DNA of 64,000 bases from Gammaproteobacteria bacterium (GTDB lineage Bacteria; Pseudomonadota; Gammaproteobacteria; Steroidobacterales; Steroidobacteraceae), in NCBI GenBank assembly GCA_025357835.1, contig JANYLM010000086.1, positions 2,009 to 66,008 of the forward strand, written 5' to 3'. Position numbers and translations under genes: made by a program. The stretch's first letter is position 1, and every line of letters starts with the position of its first letter. Below, one piece after another: positions 40,467-49,480 of this stretch. The notes beneath the pieces were generated by a model. The model saw only the letters and a program-made list of their open reading frames with translations. It searched no databases and was not told the origin of the DNA.

Positions 40467-42992
40467 TCAATACCGATAAGTTGCGGTAACTCCGATGGTT
40501 CGCGGTCGCACACCGCGGGCGAAGTAGAGATTATCGGTGGTCGGACCAGTTGCCCCGCCCGTGCCGGGCCCGAGCGAATAAGGCGCAATGTCGCGTGACT
40601 CGAACAACTGCGGATGCGCGTTCGTCAGGTTGTCTGCGTATGCCGAGATATCGAAACCGTTGAACCGAAGTCCGGCCCGGAGCGAGAGGTTATTGACGAC
40701 GGGCAGTCCCGGAAGGGTGGTGTCAAACAGCGCGTTATTGCTGTTTTGCCCCGGTAGCAAGGATTTTTGCGCAGTCAAACGCTGGAAGTCGAGGCGCGCG
40801 TACGGCATGCGTCCTCCCCATTCGGGAAAGTGATACTCCGTCGATGCCGCGAACGACCAGGGCGCGCCGAGTAGGGCATCGCCGCTGGTGGCGATTGGGC
40901 TGACGGGGGTGACGACGCCGGGCGCCGTGCAGGCGGCACCGTTGTAAATCAGCGCACCGGCACAGGAAGTCTTCGTCAACTTGGCATCCGTGTAAGCCGC
41001 CGTCAGATCGAAAGTCAGGGCTTCGATCGGCTTGTAGATCACCTCTATGTCGCCGCCCTCGCTCTTGGCCTTGCCTAGATTGGCCGTGAACTGCTCGCCG
41101 CAGGCCGGTAGGTAGACATTTTGCTGAATGTTGCGCCAATCGATATAGAACAGGCTGGCGTTGATCTGCAGCCTGTGGTCCAAGAAAGTGTTCTTGCTGC
41201 CGATCTCGTAGCTCCAGAGGCTGTCGGAGGAAAATTGAGGCGGAACCGCGCTCAGGCCGAGCGAGCTGAGGTTGCCTGAGCAGATGCTTCCGACTCCGAC
41301 GTTGGGACCGCCCGGCCGGAAGCCCTTCGAGGCACTGAGGTACACAAGGTCGTCGTGATCGGGCTGCCATGAAAATACGACCTTGGGTGTCACCGGCTTC
41401 TCGGTGGCGCTCGATTGGGTGATGATCGTGGTGCCCAGGAATGGTCCGGTTTCACTGACCGATCCCGTGTAGTCGAGTTTCGAGACTCGCAGTCCCGCCG
41501 TGGCCTTGAAGGTGTCGGTCACTTTGAAAGTGAGCTCGCCGAAGGCCGCAATCTGTTTATCGACGACCTTGTCTATTGGCCCAGTGAAGATCTGCCCGCC
41601 CGGGCAGAGCTGACCGGGGAAGCACACCGAATTACCGCCGCCAGTGTAGGCCACGACTTCTGAATCCAATGTCGGATCAATGATGTTCTCCGGCACGTTC
41701 TCGCTCAGATGCGAGAAAAAGAGCCCGGCGTTCCAGACGATTCGCGCGTTCGTGTCGCTCGAGGCCAGGCGGAACTCCTGATAGAAATTGCGCTGAGTGT
41801 CCTTGAACTGCGCATAGCCGTTGTCGCCCTTGGCGGGAAACGTATTCGGCAACTGAAAGGCAGGCGTTCCGGACGTCGAGGGAATGGACGACCAGGTCGC
41901 CCGCAGGTATTGCGTGTAGTCGGACGTCGCACTCTGGTTGCGATCGTAGAACGATGTGTTCGAGAATAAGGACGCGAACCCCAAGTCCCACTTGATCTTG
42001 ATGGCGCTCATAGTGAAGGGGTCGTTGCTGGGATTGGTTCCGGCGTTGCCGTTGCGATAGACGTTCTGGGCGGGATTCGACAACGCGATCCAGTAGGCTG
42101 CGGTGTCGTTGATTTGCAGGCGCTGGTAGTAAATCGACGGCGTAATCTCCAGAGTGTCGCTGACCTTCCATTTGACGGCGAGCCGTGCCGTCGTGGTTTC
42201 CCAAAAGTTTGCATTCGACTGAGTGGTATTGCCGTTATAGATAGGAGTCGGCAGCTGAGCCGCGCTGTTTGGGGAGAGCGTGTAGCCCACCCGGTCAACC
42301 CAGCCACCATCGCGCCGATACGAGACGCTGGCGCGAAACGCAAGGACGTCGTCGATAATGGGTGCGCCGAAGGCAGCACCGCCTTCGTAACTAGCGCCCC
42401 CGCCTTTGGTGGTGGCAACGTCAACCCGCGCGTAGCCAGCCGGCTTGTTGAGATTGGGCTCGGGCGCTATGAAGCGCACCACGCCGCCTTCGGCGCCGGC
42501 GCCGAATAGAGTGCCCTGCGGCCCTCGCAGGACCTCGACGCGGTCGAGGTCGAACAGCGCGGGGAAAGCATTGATGGAGCCGAAACCGATGTGGCGCGTC
42601 TGAATCGGCGTGTCGTCGACATAGACACCCGTGGTTGACGTGCCGGCCGTCGAGTCGACGCCGCGGATGTTGATATCCGAGCCCTCGTCGTTGTAATTGC
42701 CTGCCGAACTCATGCCATTGCGCTGGAAATTGAGACCGGGCGAGAGGCGCGACAGATCGTCGATGTTCTTGAGCCCCTGCGCATCCATCTTTTCTTGGCC
42801 GAAGGCAATAACGCTGATCGGGACGTCTTGGAGCCGTTCGCTGCGTCGGGTCGCGGTGACGACGATCTCCTCAAGACCGCCGGTTGACGCCGGCTCGGCA
42901 TCCGCTGTCGCCGCCATGGATATGGCCGACCACGCTAATTGGCCTGCCACTGCGGCGGCCAGTAAGCATCGCTTAATAGATTCCGAACTCAT
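40467..42992 (-). CDS. TonB-dependent outer-membrane receptor
   Basis: Start re-set to the ATG at 42992 (MSSESIKRCLLAAAVAGQLAWSAISMAA). The plug region has EEIVVTATRRSERLQDVPISV. A long beta-barrel ends ...GVTATYRY. Confidence 0.9.
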   Translation of the reverse strand: MSSESIKRCLLAAAVAGQLAWSAISMAATADAEPASTGGLEEIVVTATRRSERLQDVPISVIAFGQEKMDAQGLKNIDDLSRLSPGLNFQRNGMSSAGNYNDEGSDINIRGVDSTAGTSTTGVYVDDTPIQTRHIGFGSINAFPALFDLDRVEVLRGPQGTLFGAGAEGGVVRFIAPEPNLNKPAGYARVDVATTKGGGASYEGGAAFGAPIIDDVLAFRASVSYRRDGGWVDRVGYTLSPNSAAQLPTPIYNGNTTQSNANFWETTTARLAVKWKVSDTLEITPSIYYQRLQINDTAAYWIALSNPAQNVYRNGNAGTNPSNDPFTMSAIKIKWDLGFASLFSNTSFYDRNQSATSDYTQYLRATWSSIPSTSGTPAFQLPNTFPAKGDNGYAQFKDTQRNFYQEFRLASSDTNARIVWNAGLFFSHLSENVPENIIDPTLDSEVVAYTGGGNSVCFPGQLCPGGQIFTGPIDKVVDKQIAAFGELTFKVTDTFKATAGLRVSKLDYTGSVSETGPFLGTTIITQSSATEKPVTPKVVFSWQPDHDDLVYLSASKGFRPGGPNVGVGSICSGNLSSLGLSAVPPQFSSDSLWSYEIGSKNTFLDHRLQINASLFYIDWRNIQQNVYLPACGEQFTANLGKAKSEGGDIEVIYKPIEALTFDLTAAYTDAKLTKTSCAGALIYNGAACTAPGVVTPVSPIATSGDALLGAPWSFAASTEYHFPEWGGRMPYARLDFQRLTAQKSLLPGQNSNNALFDTTLPGLPVVNNLSLRAGLRFNGFDISAYADNLTNAHPQLFESRDIAPYSLGPGTGGATGPTTDNLYFARGVRPRTIGVTATYRY

Positions 42993-43188
42993 TGCGCACC
43001 CCTTAAAATGTTGCCTTTTCCCCACATATAGGACCAGGTATTTTTCTTATTCTTCTGGCTATCCGTTGCGCAAAGAAGCCGGTCTCTGCCAGAGCTTAAT
43101 ACGTCTGTCGAGGGTTGTTCAAGTTAATTTAATTAACTAAACCGTCGATAATCCGAATATGCCTGCGTTGCCGAGGATGGCTATGGAT

Positions 43189-43800
43189 TTAGTTCGTTCC
43201 CAACAGCTCCGACACTTCCCGAGTGTCGGCCCGCTTCATGGGTCGGCCGTCGACGGGAGAGTAAGGCGACTGACGGATTCCATCGATGGGAAACACAGTG
43301 GCATCGACGGTTCGGCCATTGGCCTCGAAACGCAGTGCGGGATAGTTGAGGCTGCGTTCCGAATCCATTTTTACGCGCCGCTCATAGAACTCATGCGGCA
43401 CGCCGATTTCCAGTAGCCGCAGGGCGACCGACTCAGATCTATCCGCGAATAGATGCAAGTTGATATCGCTGTAATTGGTGGCGGTGCCCGTGAGTACCGA
43501 TCCCACCAATCGCGGCTGGAATTCGCCGAGCAGCACCATGGTGTCCAAGGCGATGCGGCGCTGCTCTTTCAGGGTGTGGTCGTGCGCATCGCGGCCGAAT
43601 AGCCGCTGGTGCTCGCGCAGCGCAGCCTCGATTTCAATGTTTTTAGGTAGCACGGAGACATCGTTCACTCCCAGCCGATCCGCTGCCTTGCGCTTGGCTT
43701 GGAGAAAATCCTCGATGCCATGCTCGGCCATGATCCGTGCAGCCTCCTGGGCGAGCGCGCGGCGCAAATCCTCTGCACGCTGCGAAAACTTCTTAGGCAT
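43189..43800 (-). CDS. Conserved hypothetical protein with a degenerate minimal-nucleotidyltransferase-like motif
   Basis: Start at the ATG at 43800 (MPKKFSQRAEDL...), 5 nt after the mrcA stop. The segment LVGSVLTGTATNYSDINLHLF resembles hG[GS]x9-13Dh[DE]h of Pol-beta-fold NTases, but with N in place of the second acidic residue. Confidence 0.55.
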   Translation of the reverse strand: MPKKFSQRAEDLRRALAQEAARIMAEHGIEDFLQAKRKAADRLGVNDVSVLPKNIEIEAALREHQRLFGRDAHDHTLKEQRRIALDTMVLLGEFQPRLVGSVLTGTATNYSDINLHLFADRSESVALRLLEIGVPHEFYERRVKMDSERSLNYPALRFEANGRTVDATVFPIDGIRQSPYSPVDGRPMKRADTREVSELLGTN

Positions 43801-43804
43801 GGGC

Positions 43805-46312
43805 CTAGAATAACGGTTTATCACCGTCGTTCATCGGGTTCGAGCTATTCGGCCCCTCATATAGTTCGGACTTCGGCAGATTGCCTTCGATGAACTTCTC
43901 CATGATGCCGTTGGGGTTGTCGGCGCTGGCGAGCAAGCCCGTCTCGGGCGAGATGCGCACGGTGACTATGCCGTCCGGCAGAGGGACCCCGTGCTTGGGT
44001 GCTTTGCCTAAGGCCTCGTGCATGTAGTAAGTCCAGGTCGGTACGGCCACGTGAGCGCCCTCTTCGCCGTCGCCCAAGGAGCGATCTTGATCGAATCCAG
44101 TCCAGACCGTGGTGACGAGATCGCCGTTGAAGCCGTTGAACCAGGCATCGTGATGATCGTTGGTGGTGCCCGTCTTGCCAGCGATATCTTCGCGATTGAG
44201 CGAGCGAGCGCGCACACCGGTGCCGCGGCGAATGACGTCCTTCATCATATCGGCCAATAGATAAGCCACCTGCGGCCTGATGATTTGGGGCGCCAGATTC
44301 TTCTCCGGAATCATGGTCTTACCATCGTGAGCGGCCCCGTCCAAGACTGCGGTGCGTGCGCCGGCCGCGGTGGCGGCGGGCGTGGCTAGGGGTGGATCGG
44401 TGACGCGATCACATTCGGCGCAGGCCAGGGCGGGCGCCGCCTGCTGCAGGACCTTGCCGCCGGCGTCCTCGATCCTATCGATGCTGTACTGGTTGACCTT
44501 GTAACCCCCGTTGGCGAAGGCGGAGTAACCGATGGCCATCTGCAGCGGACTTAATTCAGCGGTTCCCAGGGCCAGCGTCAGGTCATTCGGTAATTGCGAC
44601 TTATCGAAGCCGAAGCGAGTCACGTAATTCCAGGTGTAATCACCGCCGATGGCGCGCATCAGGCGCACCGAAACCAGATTTCGGGAGTGAACCAAGGCCT
44701 CGCGCAGGCGGATCGGTCCGTAGAATTTATTGGTGTCCTCCTTCGGTCTCCACGCCTGCTCCATGCCCGCCGCATCGATGACGATGGGAGCGTCCAGGAT
44801 AATACTGGCCGGGGTATAGCCCTTGTCGAAGGCCGCGGCATACACGAAGGGTTTGAAGCCTGATCCCGGCTGACGCCGCGCCTGAGTCACCCGATTGTAC
44901 TTGCTCTGAAAGTAGTCAAAGCCGCCGACCAGAGCGACCACCGCGCCGTCTTTCGGATCTACCGACACCAGGGCGCTCTGTGCCTCCGGCACTTGCACGA
45001 ACAGCAGAGTCTCGGCGGTACGTCCCACCGTGTAGATTACATCGCCGCGGCTCAAAATCTCAGATGCCTGCGTCGGCCACCGATCTACCTTTTCGTCCGG
45101 CAATTCGCGCCTTGCCCAGGACAGCTTCTCCCACGGCAAGGTCACTTCACCGAGATCCCTGAGGTAGATCTTGGCGCTTTTCGCGTCGACTTTTTGCACG
45201 ATGGCAGGCCGCAGGCCGCCGATCACCGGGAATTCCTCAAGCTGGCCGTCCAGGTCCTTTGGGGTCGTGAGCTTGGAGGCATCCACTTTGGCTGTGGCGC
45301 CGCGATAGCCGTGGCGACGATCGTATTCCAACAGCCCTGTCCGCAGCGCCACAGTGGCAGCCGCCTGCAATCGCGAATCGATGGTGGTAAACACCTTGTA
45401 GCCCGCCGTATACACATCATCGCCGTACTTTGACTGCATTTCGTTGCGCACCATCTCGGCAACATAGGGGGCGTCGGCTTCGATGGAGGCGCCGTGCAGC
45501 CTGGACTCCACGGAGCTCGCCTTCGCCTCATCGTATTCGGCCTGGGTGATGTAATTGAGCTGCAGCATCCGGCCCAACACATGACTGCGGCGCACCCGGG
45601 CGGCTTCGGCGCTGGCTACGGGATTGACCACCGATGGGGCGGTGGGAATCCCTGCCAGGGTGGCCATTTCAGCCACGGTTAATTGCTCCAAGGTCTTGCC
45701 GAAATACACCTCCGCAGCGGCGCCGACCCCGTAAGCGCGCTGTCCTAAGAAGATCTTGTTGACGTACAGCGAGAAAATCTCTTCCTTGGTGAATTCAGAC
45801 TCCATCAGCAGGGAAATGTAGATCTCGCTCATTTTGCGTTTCATATCGCGCCGTGGCGTCAGAAACATATCGCGGGCCACCTGCATGGTGATGGTGCTCG
45901 CTCCCTGGCGAATTCCGCCGGCCTTGAGGTTGGCCACCGCCGCCCGCAAAATGCCTTGCCAATCAACCCCATGGTGCTGGAAAAAGCGGTCATCCTCGGT
46001 GGCCAAGAAAGCCTGGATGAGCTTCTTGGGGAGTTGTTCGTAGCGCACCGGGATCCTGCGCTGCTCGCCGATGGCGGCAAGCAGTTTCCCGTCGCGGGTG
46101 TAAACCCGCAGCGGGACCTGCAATTGCACGTCCCGTAGGCTGTCCACGTCGGGCAGCGCGGGCTTCAAGTAGACATAAGCACAGACATTGGCGAACGCAA
46201 TGAGGGCAATTGCGCTAACCAAGACCATGCAAATGCGCGATATGAGAACTAGGTAACGTTTGGCCACAGGAAACCGTTCTAACTTATTGCACCGGCGATA
46301 GTGCGCAAGCAT
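43805..46312 (-). CDS. mrcA: Penicillin-binding protein 1A (bifunctional transglycosylase/transpeptidase)
   Basis: Start re-set to the ATG at 46312 (a GTG slightly downstream is also possible). There is a TM anchor, the GT51 motifs EDDRFFQHHGVD and RKMSE, and the TPase motifs SGFKP and KTGTT. It is divergent from pilM. Confidence 0.95.
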   Translation of the reverse strand: MLAHYRRCNKLERFPVAKRYLVLISRICMVLVSAIALIAFANVCAYVYLKPALPDVDSLRDVQLQVPLRVYTRDGKLLAAIGEQRRIPVRYEQLPKKLIQAFLATEDDRFFQHHGVDWQGILRAAVANLKAGGIRQGASTITMQVARDMFLTPRRDMKRKMSEIYISLLMESEFTKEEIFSLYVNKIFLGQRAYGVGAAAEVYFGKTLEQLTVAEMATLAGIPTAPSVVNPVASAEAARVRRSHVLGRMLQLNYITQAEYDEAKASSVESRLHGASIEADAPYVAEMVRNEMQSKYGDDVYTAGYKVFTTIDSRLQAAATVALRTGLLEYDRRHGYRGATAKVDASKLTTPKDLDGQLEEFPVIGGLRPAIVQKVDAKSAKIYLRDLGEVTLPWEKLSWARRELPDEKVDRWPTQASEILSRGDVIYTVGRTAETLLFVQVPEAQSALVSVDPKDGAVVALVGGFDYFQSKYNRVTQARRQPGSGFKPFVYAAAFDKGYTPASIILDAPIVIDAAGMEQAWRPKEDTNKFYGPIRLREALVHSRNLVSVRLMRAIGGDYTWNYVTRFGFDKSQLPNDLTLALGTAELSPLQMAIGYSAFANGGYKVNQYSIDRIEDAGGKVLQQAAPALACAECDRVTDPPLATPAATAAGARTAVLDGAAHDGKTMIPEKNLAPQIIRPQVAYLLADMMKDVIRRGTGVRARSLNREDIAGKTGTTNDHHDAWFNGFNGDLVTTVWTGFDQDRSLGDGEEGAHVAVPTWTYYMHEALGKAPKHGVPLPDGIVTVRISPETGLLASADNPNGIMEKFIEGNLPKSELYEGPNSSNPMNDGDKPLF

Positions 46313-46650
46313 ATTACCGCCGGTTACAGGGGCATACTCATCGAAAGATGAGGACGCAAAGCCACCGGTCCTAAGGGATAAGCCCAAGGATAGCGGGGTT
46401 GCCAGACCAAAGTTTAACCAAACGCCTATCTGAGAGCATGGGCAGAGGTCTGATCGGATGACTCGAAGCCTTCCTCTAAGACTGCGGATTGTCGCAGACC
46501 CCACTTTGCGCAGCCGCCGCTGCTCCACGGTCATTACCGTGAGTAGCTTCACGTTCTATTTAACAGTTTCTTGCTAAGTTTGCGTGGGCTAAGTTAATCT
46601 CATGCACCAGTTTCGACCCCCAAGATACTGAGCGAAAAAGGAAAATAGCT

Positions 46651-47715
46651 GTGTGGTCGTTCGGCAAAAGATATCGTCCGCTTCTGGGACTTGACATAAC
46701 CACCTCATCGGTGAAGCTCATCGAGCTCACGATGTCGGGCGGCCAGTATCGCGTTGAGTCCTATGCCGCGGAACCCACGCCGCATAACGCCATCAACGAA
46801 AAGGCCATCGTTGACGCTGAGGCTGTGGGCGAGGCGATTCGGCGCGCGGTCAAGCGCTCCGGCGCCAAGAGCCGGCTTGCCGCCATCGCCATCAGCGGCG
46901 ACGCGGCGATCACCAAAGTGATTCAAATGCCGAAGAATCTCGGCGAGAACGAACTTGAGGGCCAGGTCGAGATGCAGGCCGACCAATACATTCCCTTTCC
47001 GATGGAAGAAGTCAGCTACGACTACCAGGTAGTGGGCCCGTCTGAGAAAGACCCGGACATGCTGGACGTGTTGCTGGTCGCGACTCGCACCGAAAATGTC
47101 GAGCAACGGCAAGCCGCGGTACAAGCATCGGGACTGACCGCTCACCTGGTCGACGTGGAAGCCTTCGCTCTTGAAAATGCCTGCGCCCTGATGCGCCATC
47201 AGATGCCGGACGGCGGCCTCGACCGCACCGTCGCGGTGGTGGACTTCGGTGCCAGCAGCACCACATTCAGCGTGCTGCGCGACATGCGAGTCATCTACAC
47301 CCGCGATTTCGCCTTCGGCGGACAGCAGCTCACCGAAGAAATCATGCGCACTTACGGGCTCTCCATGGAAGAGGCCGGCCGCGCCAAGAAGGAAGGCGGC
47401 CTGCCGAGCAACTATCAACCCGAAGTGCTCGACCCTTTCATCGACGATATGACCCAGCAGGTCAGCCGCTCGCTGCAGTTTTACCTGGCGTCCGGCAGCG
47501 GCCGCTCACAGCCCGACCAAATATTGATTTGTGGCGGCTGCGCCAACATACCCGGCGTCGCCGATGTCATCTCGAGCAGAGTCGGCGTGCCGGCGGAAAA
47601 AGGTGATCCGCTCGGCAACATGAAGGTGTCATCGAAGGCCAAAGCCCAAGCCGTGGGCCGGGATGCCACAGCGTTACTCACAGCCTGCGGCCTTGCGCTG
47701 CGAAGCTTCGACTAA
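46651..47715 (+). CDS. pilM: Type IV pilus assembly protein PilM (actin-like ATPase fold)
   Basis: GTG start, with LGLDITTSSVKLIEL and VVDFGASSTTF. It is first in the pilMNOPQ order. Confidence 0.9.
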   Translation: MWSFGKRYRPLLGLDITTSSVKLIELTMSGGQYRVESYAAEPTPHNAINEKAIVDAEAVGEAIRRAVKRSGAKSRLAAIAISGDAAITKVIQMPKNLGENELEGQVEMQADQYIPFPMEEVSYDYQVVGPSEKDPDMLDVLLVATRTENVEQRQAAVQASGLTAHLVDVEAFALENACALMRHQMPDGGLDRTVAVVDFGASSTTFSVLRDMRVIYTRDFAFGGQQLTEEIMRTYGLSMEEAGRAKKEGGLPSNYQPEVLDPFIDDMTQQVSRSLQFYLASGSGRSQPDQILICGGCANIPGVADVISSRVGVPAEKGDPLGNMKVSSKAKAQAVGRDATALLTACGLALRSFD

Positions 47716-47724
47716 AGAGCAGCC

Positions 47725-48315
47725 ATGCCGCGTATCAATCTATTGCCTTGGCGAGAACAAGAACGGAAATTGCGCCGGCGCGAATTCGGCGTCGCGGCCA
47801 TCGGCGCGGTGATCGCGGCCGGTGTTTTCGTCCTCGGCGGAAAGCTTCTGTACTCGGGCTGGACCGATGCCCAGAACGAGAAGAACAATCTGCTGAAGAA
47901 GGAGATCGTCAAGCTCGATGCGCAGATAGCCGATATTCAGGATCTTGAGAACCGCAAGCGACGATTGGTTGACCGCATGGAAATTATCGAGAAGTTGCAG
48001 CGCAAGCGGCCTGAAATCGTGCATCTATTCGACGAAATCGTGAAAACGGTTCCCGACGGCATTTACCTCACGACGATCAAGCAGAACAGCAACAAGCTCG
48101 AGATTCATGGCGTCGCGCAGTCGAGTACGCGCGTGTCTACTTTCATGCGCAATATCGATTCGTCGGTGTGGATGGATAACCCCGTTCTGCAGGTGGTCGA
48201 GTCCGCCAAGGACTCCGCGACCGGTGGCTCGAATTTCACGCTCTCCAGCGACGTGGTCGGCGTGGACCTCGAGAATGGCGGCCAAACAACGGTCAAGAAG
48301 GTTGCGGCGAAATGA
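47725..48315 (+). CDS. pilN: Type IV pilus assembly protein PilN
   Basis: MPRINLLPWREQERK followed by a single TM helix, in the expected position. Confidence 0.9.
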   Translation: MPRINLLPWREQERKLRRREFGVAAIGAVIAAGVFVLGGKLLYSGWTDAQNEKNNLLKKEIVKLDAQIADIQDLENRKRRLVDRMEIIEKLQRKRPEIVHLFDEIVKTVPDGIYLTTIKQNSNKLEIHGVAQSSTRVSTFMRNIDSSVWMDNPVLQVVESAKDSATGGSNFTLSSDVVGVDLENGGQTTVKKVAAK

Positions 48316-48947
48316 ACTTTGTCGATCAGCTCAAGAGTCTCGATCCGCGCGACGTAGGCCGCTGGCCGCTGCCGGTGCGCGCCTTCTTCATCGCATTGAT
48401 TTTCGCGCTGGTTACTGCCTTCGCTTGGTACATGTTCGTGTGGAACGACGATCGCCCCATATTGCAAAAAGCGCAGGCGGACGAGCTGGATTTGCGCGCA
48501 CAATTCGAAAGCAAGCAGCAGCGCGCCGCGAATCTCGACGCCTACAGGGCGCAGCTGGCGGAGATGGAGCGCAGCTTCGGCGCCATGCTGCGGCAATTGC
48601 CGGGCAAGACCGAGGTGCCGAACCTGCTGGTGGATATCTCGCAAACCGGCCTCGCCGCAGGGCTGCAGGAAAAGCTGTTCCAGCCGGGCAGCGAGAAGGG
48701 CAACGGCTTTTACGCAGAGCTGCCCATCAAAATCAAGCTGGTGGGCTCGTATCACGACTTCGGTAACTTCGTCAGCGGCATCGCCGCGTTGCCGCGCATC
48801 GTCACTCTGCACGACATCCAGATTACGCCGGTGGATACCAAGGGCGGTTACGATAATTTGACCATGGACGTGACCGCCAAGACCTACCGCTACATTGAGG
48901 ACGAAGGCGCGCGCGGGGCGAAGAAAAAGCCGGGAGGGGCGACGTGA
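48312..48947 (+). CDS. pilO: Type IV pilus assembly protein PilO
   Basis: The ATG overlaps the pilN stop. There is an N-terminal TM helix and a coiled coil, and the sequence LPRIVTLHDIQITP is typical of PilO. Confidence 0.85.
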   Translation: MNFVDQLKSLDPRDVGRWPLPVRAFFIALIFALVTAFAWYMFVWNDDRPILQKAQADELDLRAQFESKQQRAANLDAYRAQLAEMERSFGAMLRQLPGKTEVPNLLVDISQTGLAAGLQEKLFQPGSEKGNGFYAELPIKIKLVGSYHDFGNFVSGIAALPRIVTLHDIQITPVDTKGGYDNLTMDVTAKTYRYIEDEGARGAKKKPGGAT

Positions 48948-49459
48948 GAATTACCGGCAAAACCCTCGTTGTTTGCGCAGTCATCGCAGGCGTCGGTGCG
49001 GGCGGCTGTTCTGGCGGACAATCGGACCTTCAGAAATGGATTGCCGATACCAAGAAAAAGCCCGGTGGACGCATTCAGGCGCTGCCGGAAGTGAAGCCCT
49101 ACGAAACCTATGTGTACAGCGCGGTCAAATTGCGCTCACCGTTCCAGCCGCAGGGTGCTGGCGGCGCCAATGGCCAGGCTTCCACACGCCCGAGTTCGCG
49201 GCGCAACCGCGAGTTTCTGGAAGGCTTCTCGCTCGACACTTTGAAAATGGTCGGCACCTTCAAGGTGGGCAGCAACTTTTACGGGCTGGTCCAATCCAAG
49301 GACGGCCTCGTACACAAGGTTCAGCCCGGCAACTACCTTGGGCAGAACGACGGCAAGGTGACGGATATCAGCGGCGGAAAAATTAGTCTCGTCGAGATCA
49401 TACCGGATGGTCTCGGCGGCTATATCGAGCGACCGGCCTCATTGGCATTGTCCGATTGA
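48944..49459 (+). CDS. pilP: Type IV pilus assembly lipoprotein PilP
   Basis: The GTG overlaps the pilO stop. It has a lipobox (GVGAGGC) and a PilP beta-domain (FKVGSNFYGLVQSKDGLVHKVQPGNYLGQNDGKVTDI). Confidence 0.85.
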   Translation: MRITGKTLVVCAVIAGVGAGGCSGGQSDLQKWIADTKKKPGGRIQALPEVKPYETYVYSAVKLRSPFQPQGAGGANGQASTRPSSRRNREFLEGFSLDTLKMVGTFKVGSNFYGLVQSKDGLVHKVQPGNYLGQNDGKVTDISGGKISLVEIIPDGLGGYIERPASLALSD

Positions 49460-49480
49460 GGCCCCCAGGGAGAAGAAAGC

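Noticed and set aside
43150-43170. A Fur-box-like GATAAT..GAATAT upstream of the TonB-dependent receptor.
   Set aside because: It matches only one hexamer of the 19-bp Fur consensus. This is too weak to call iron regulation.
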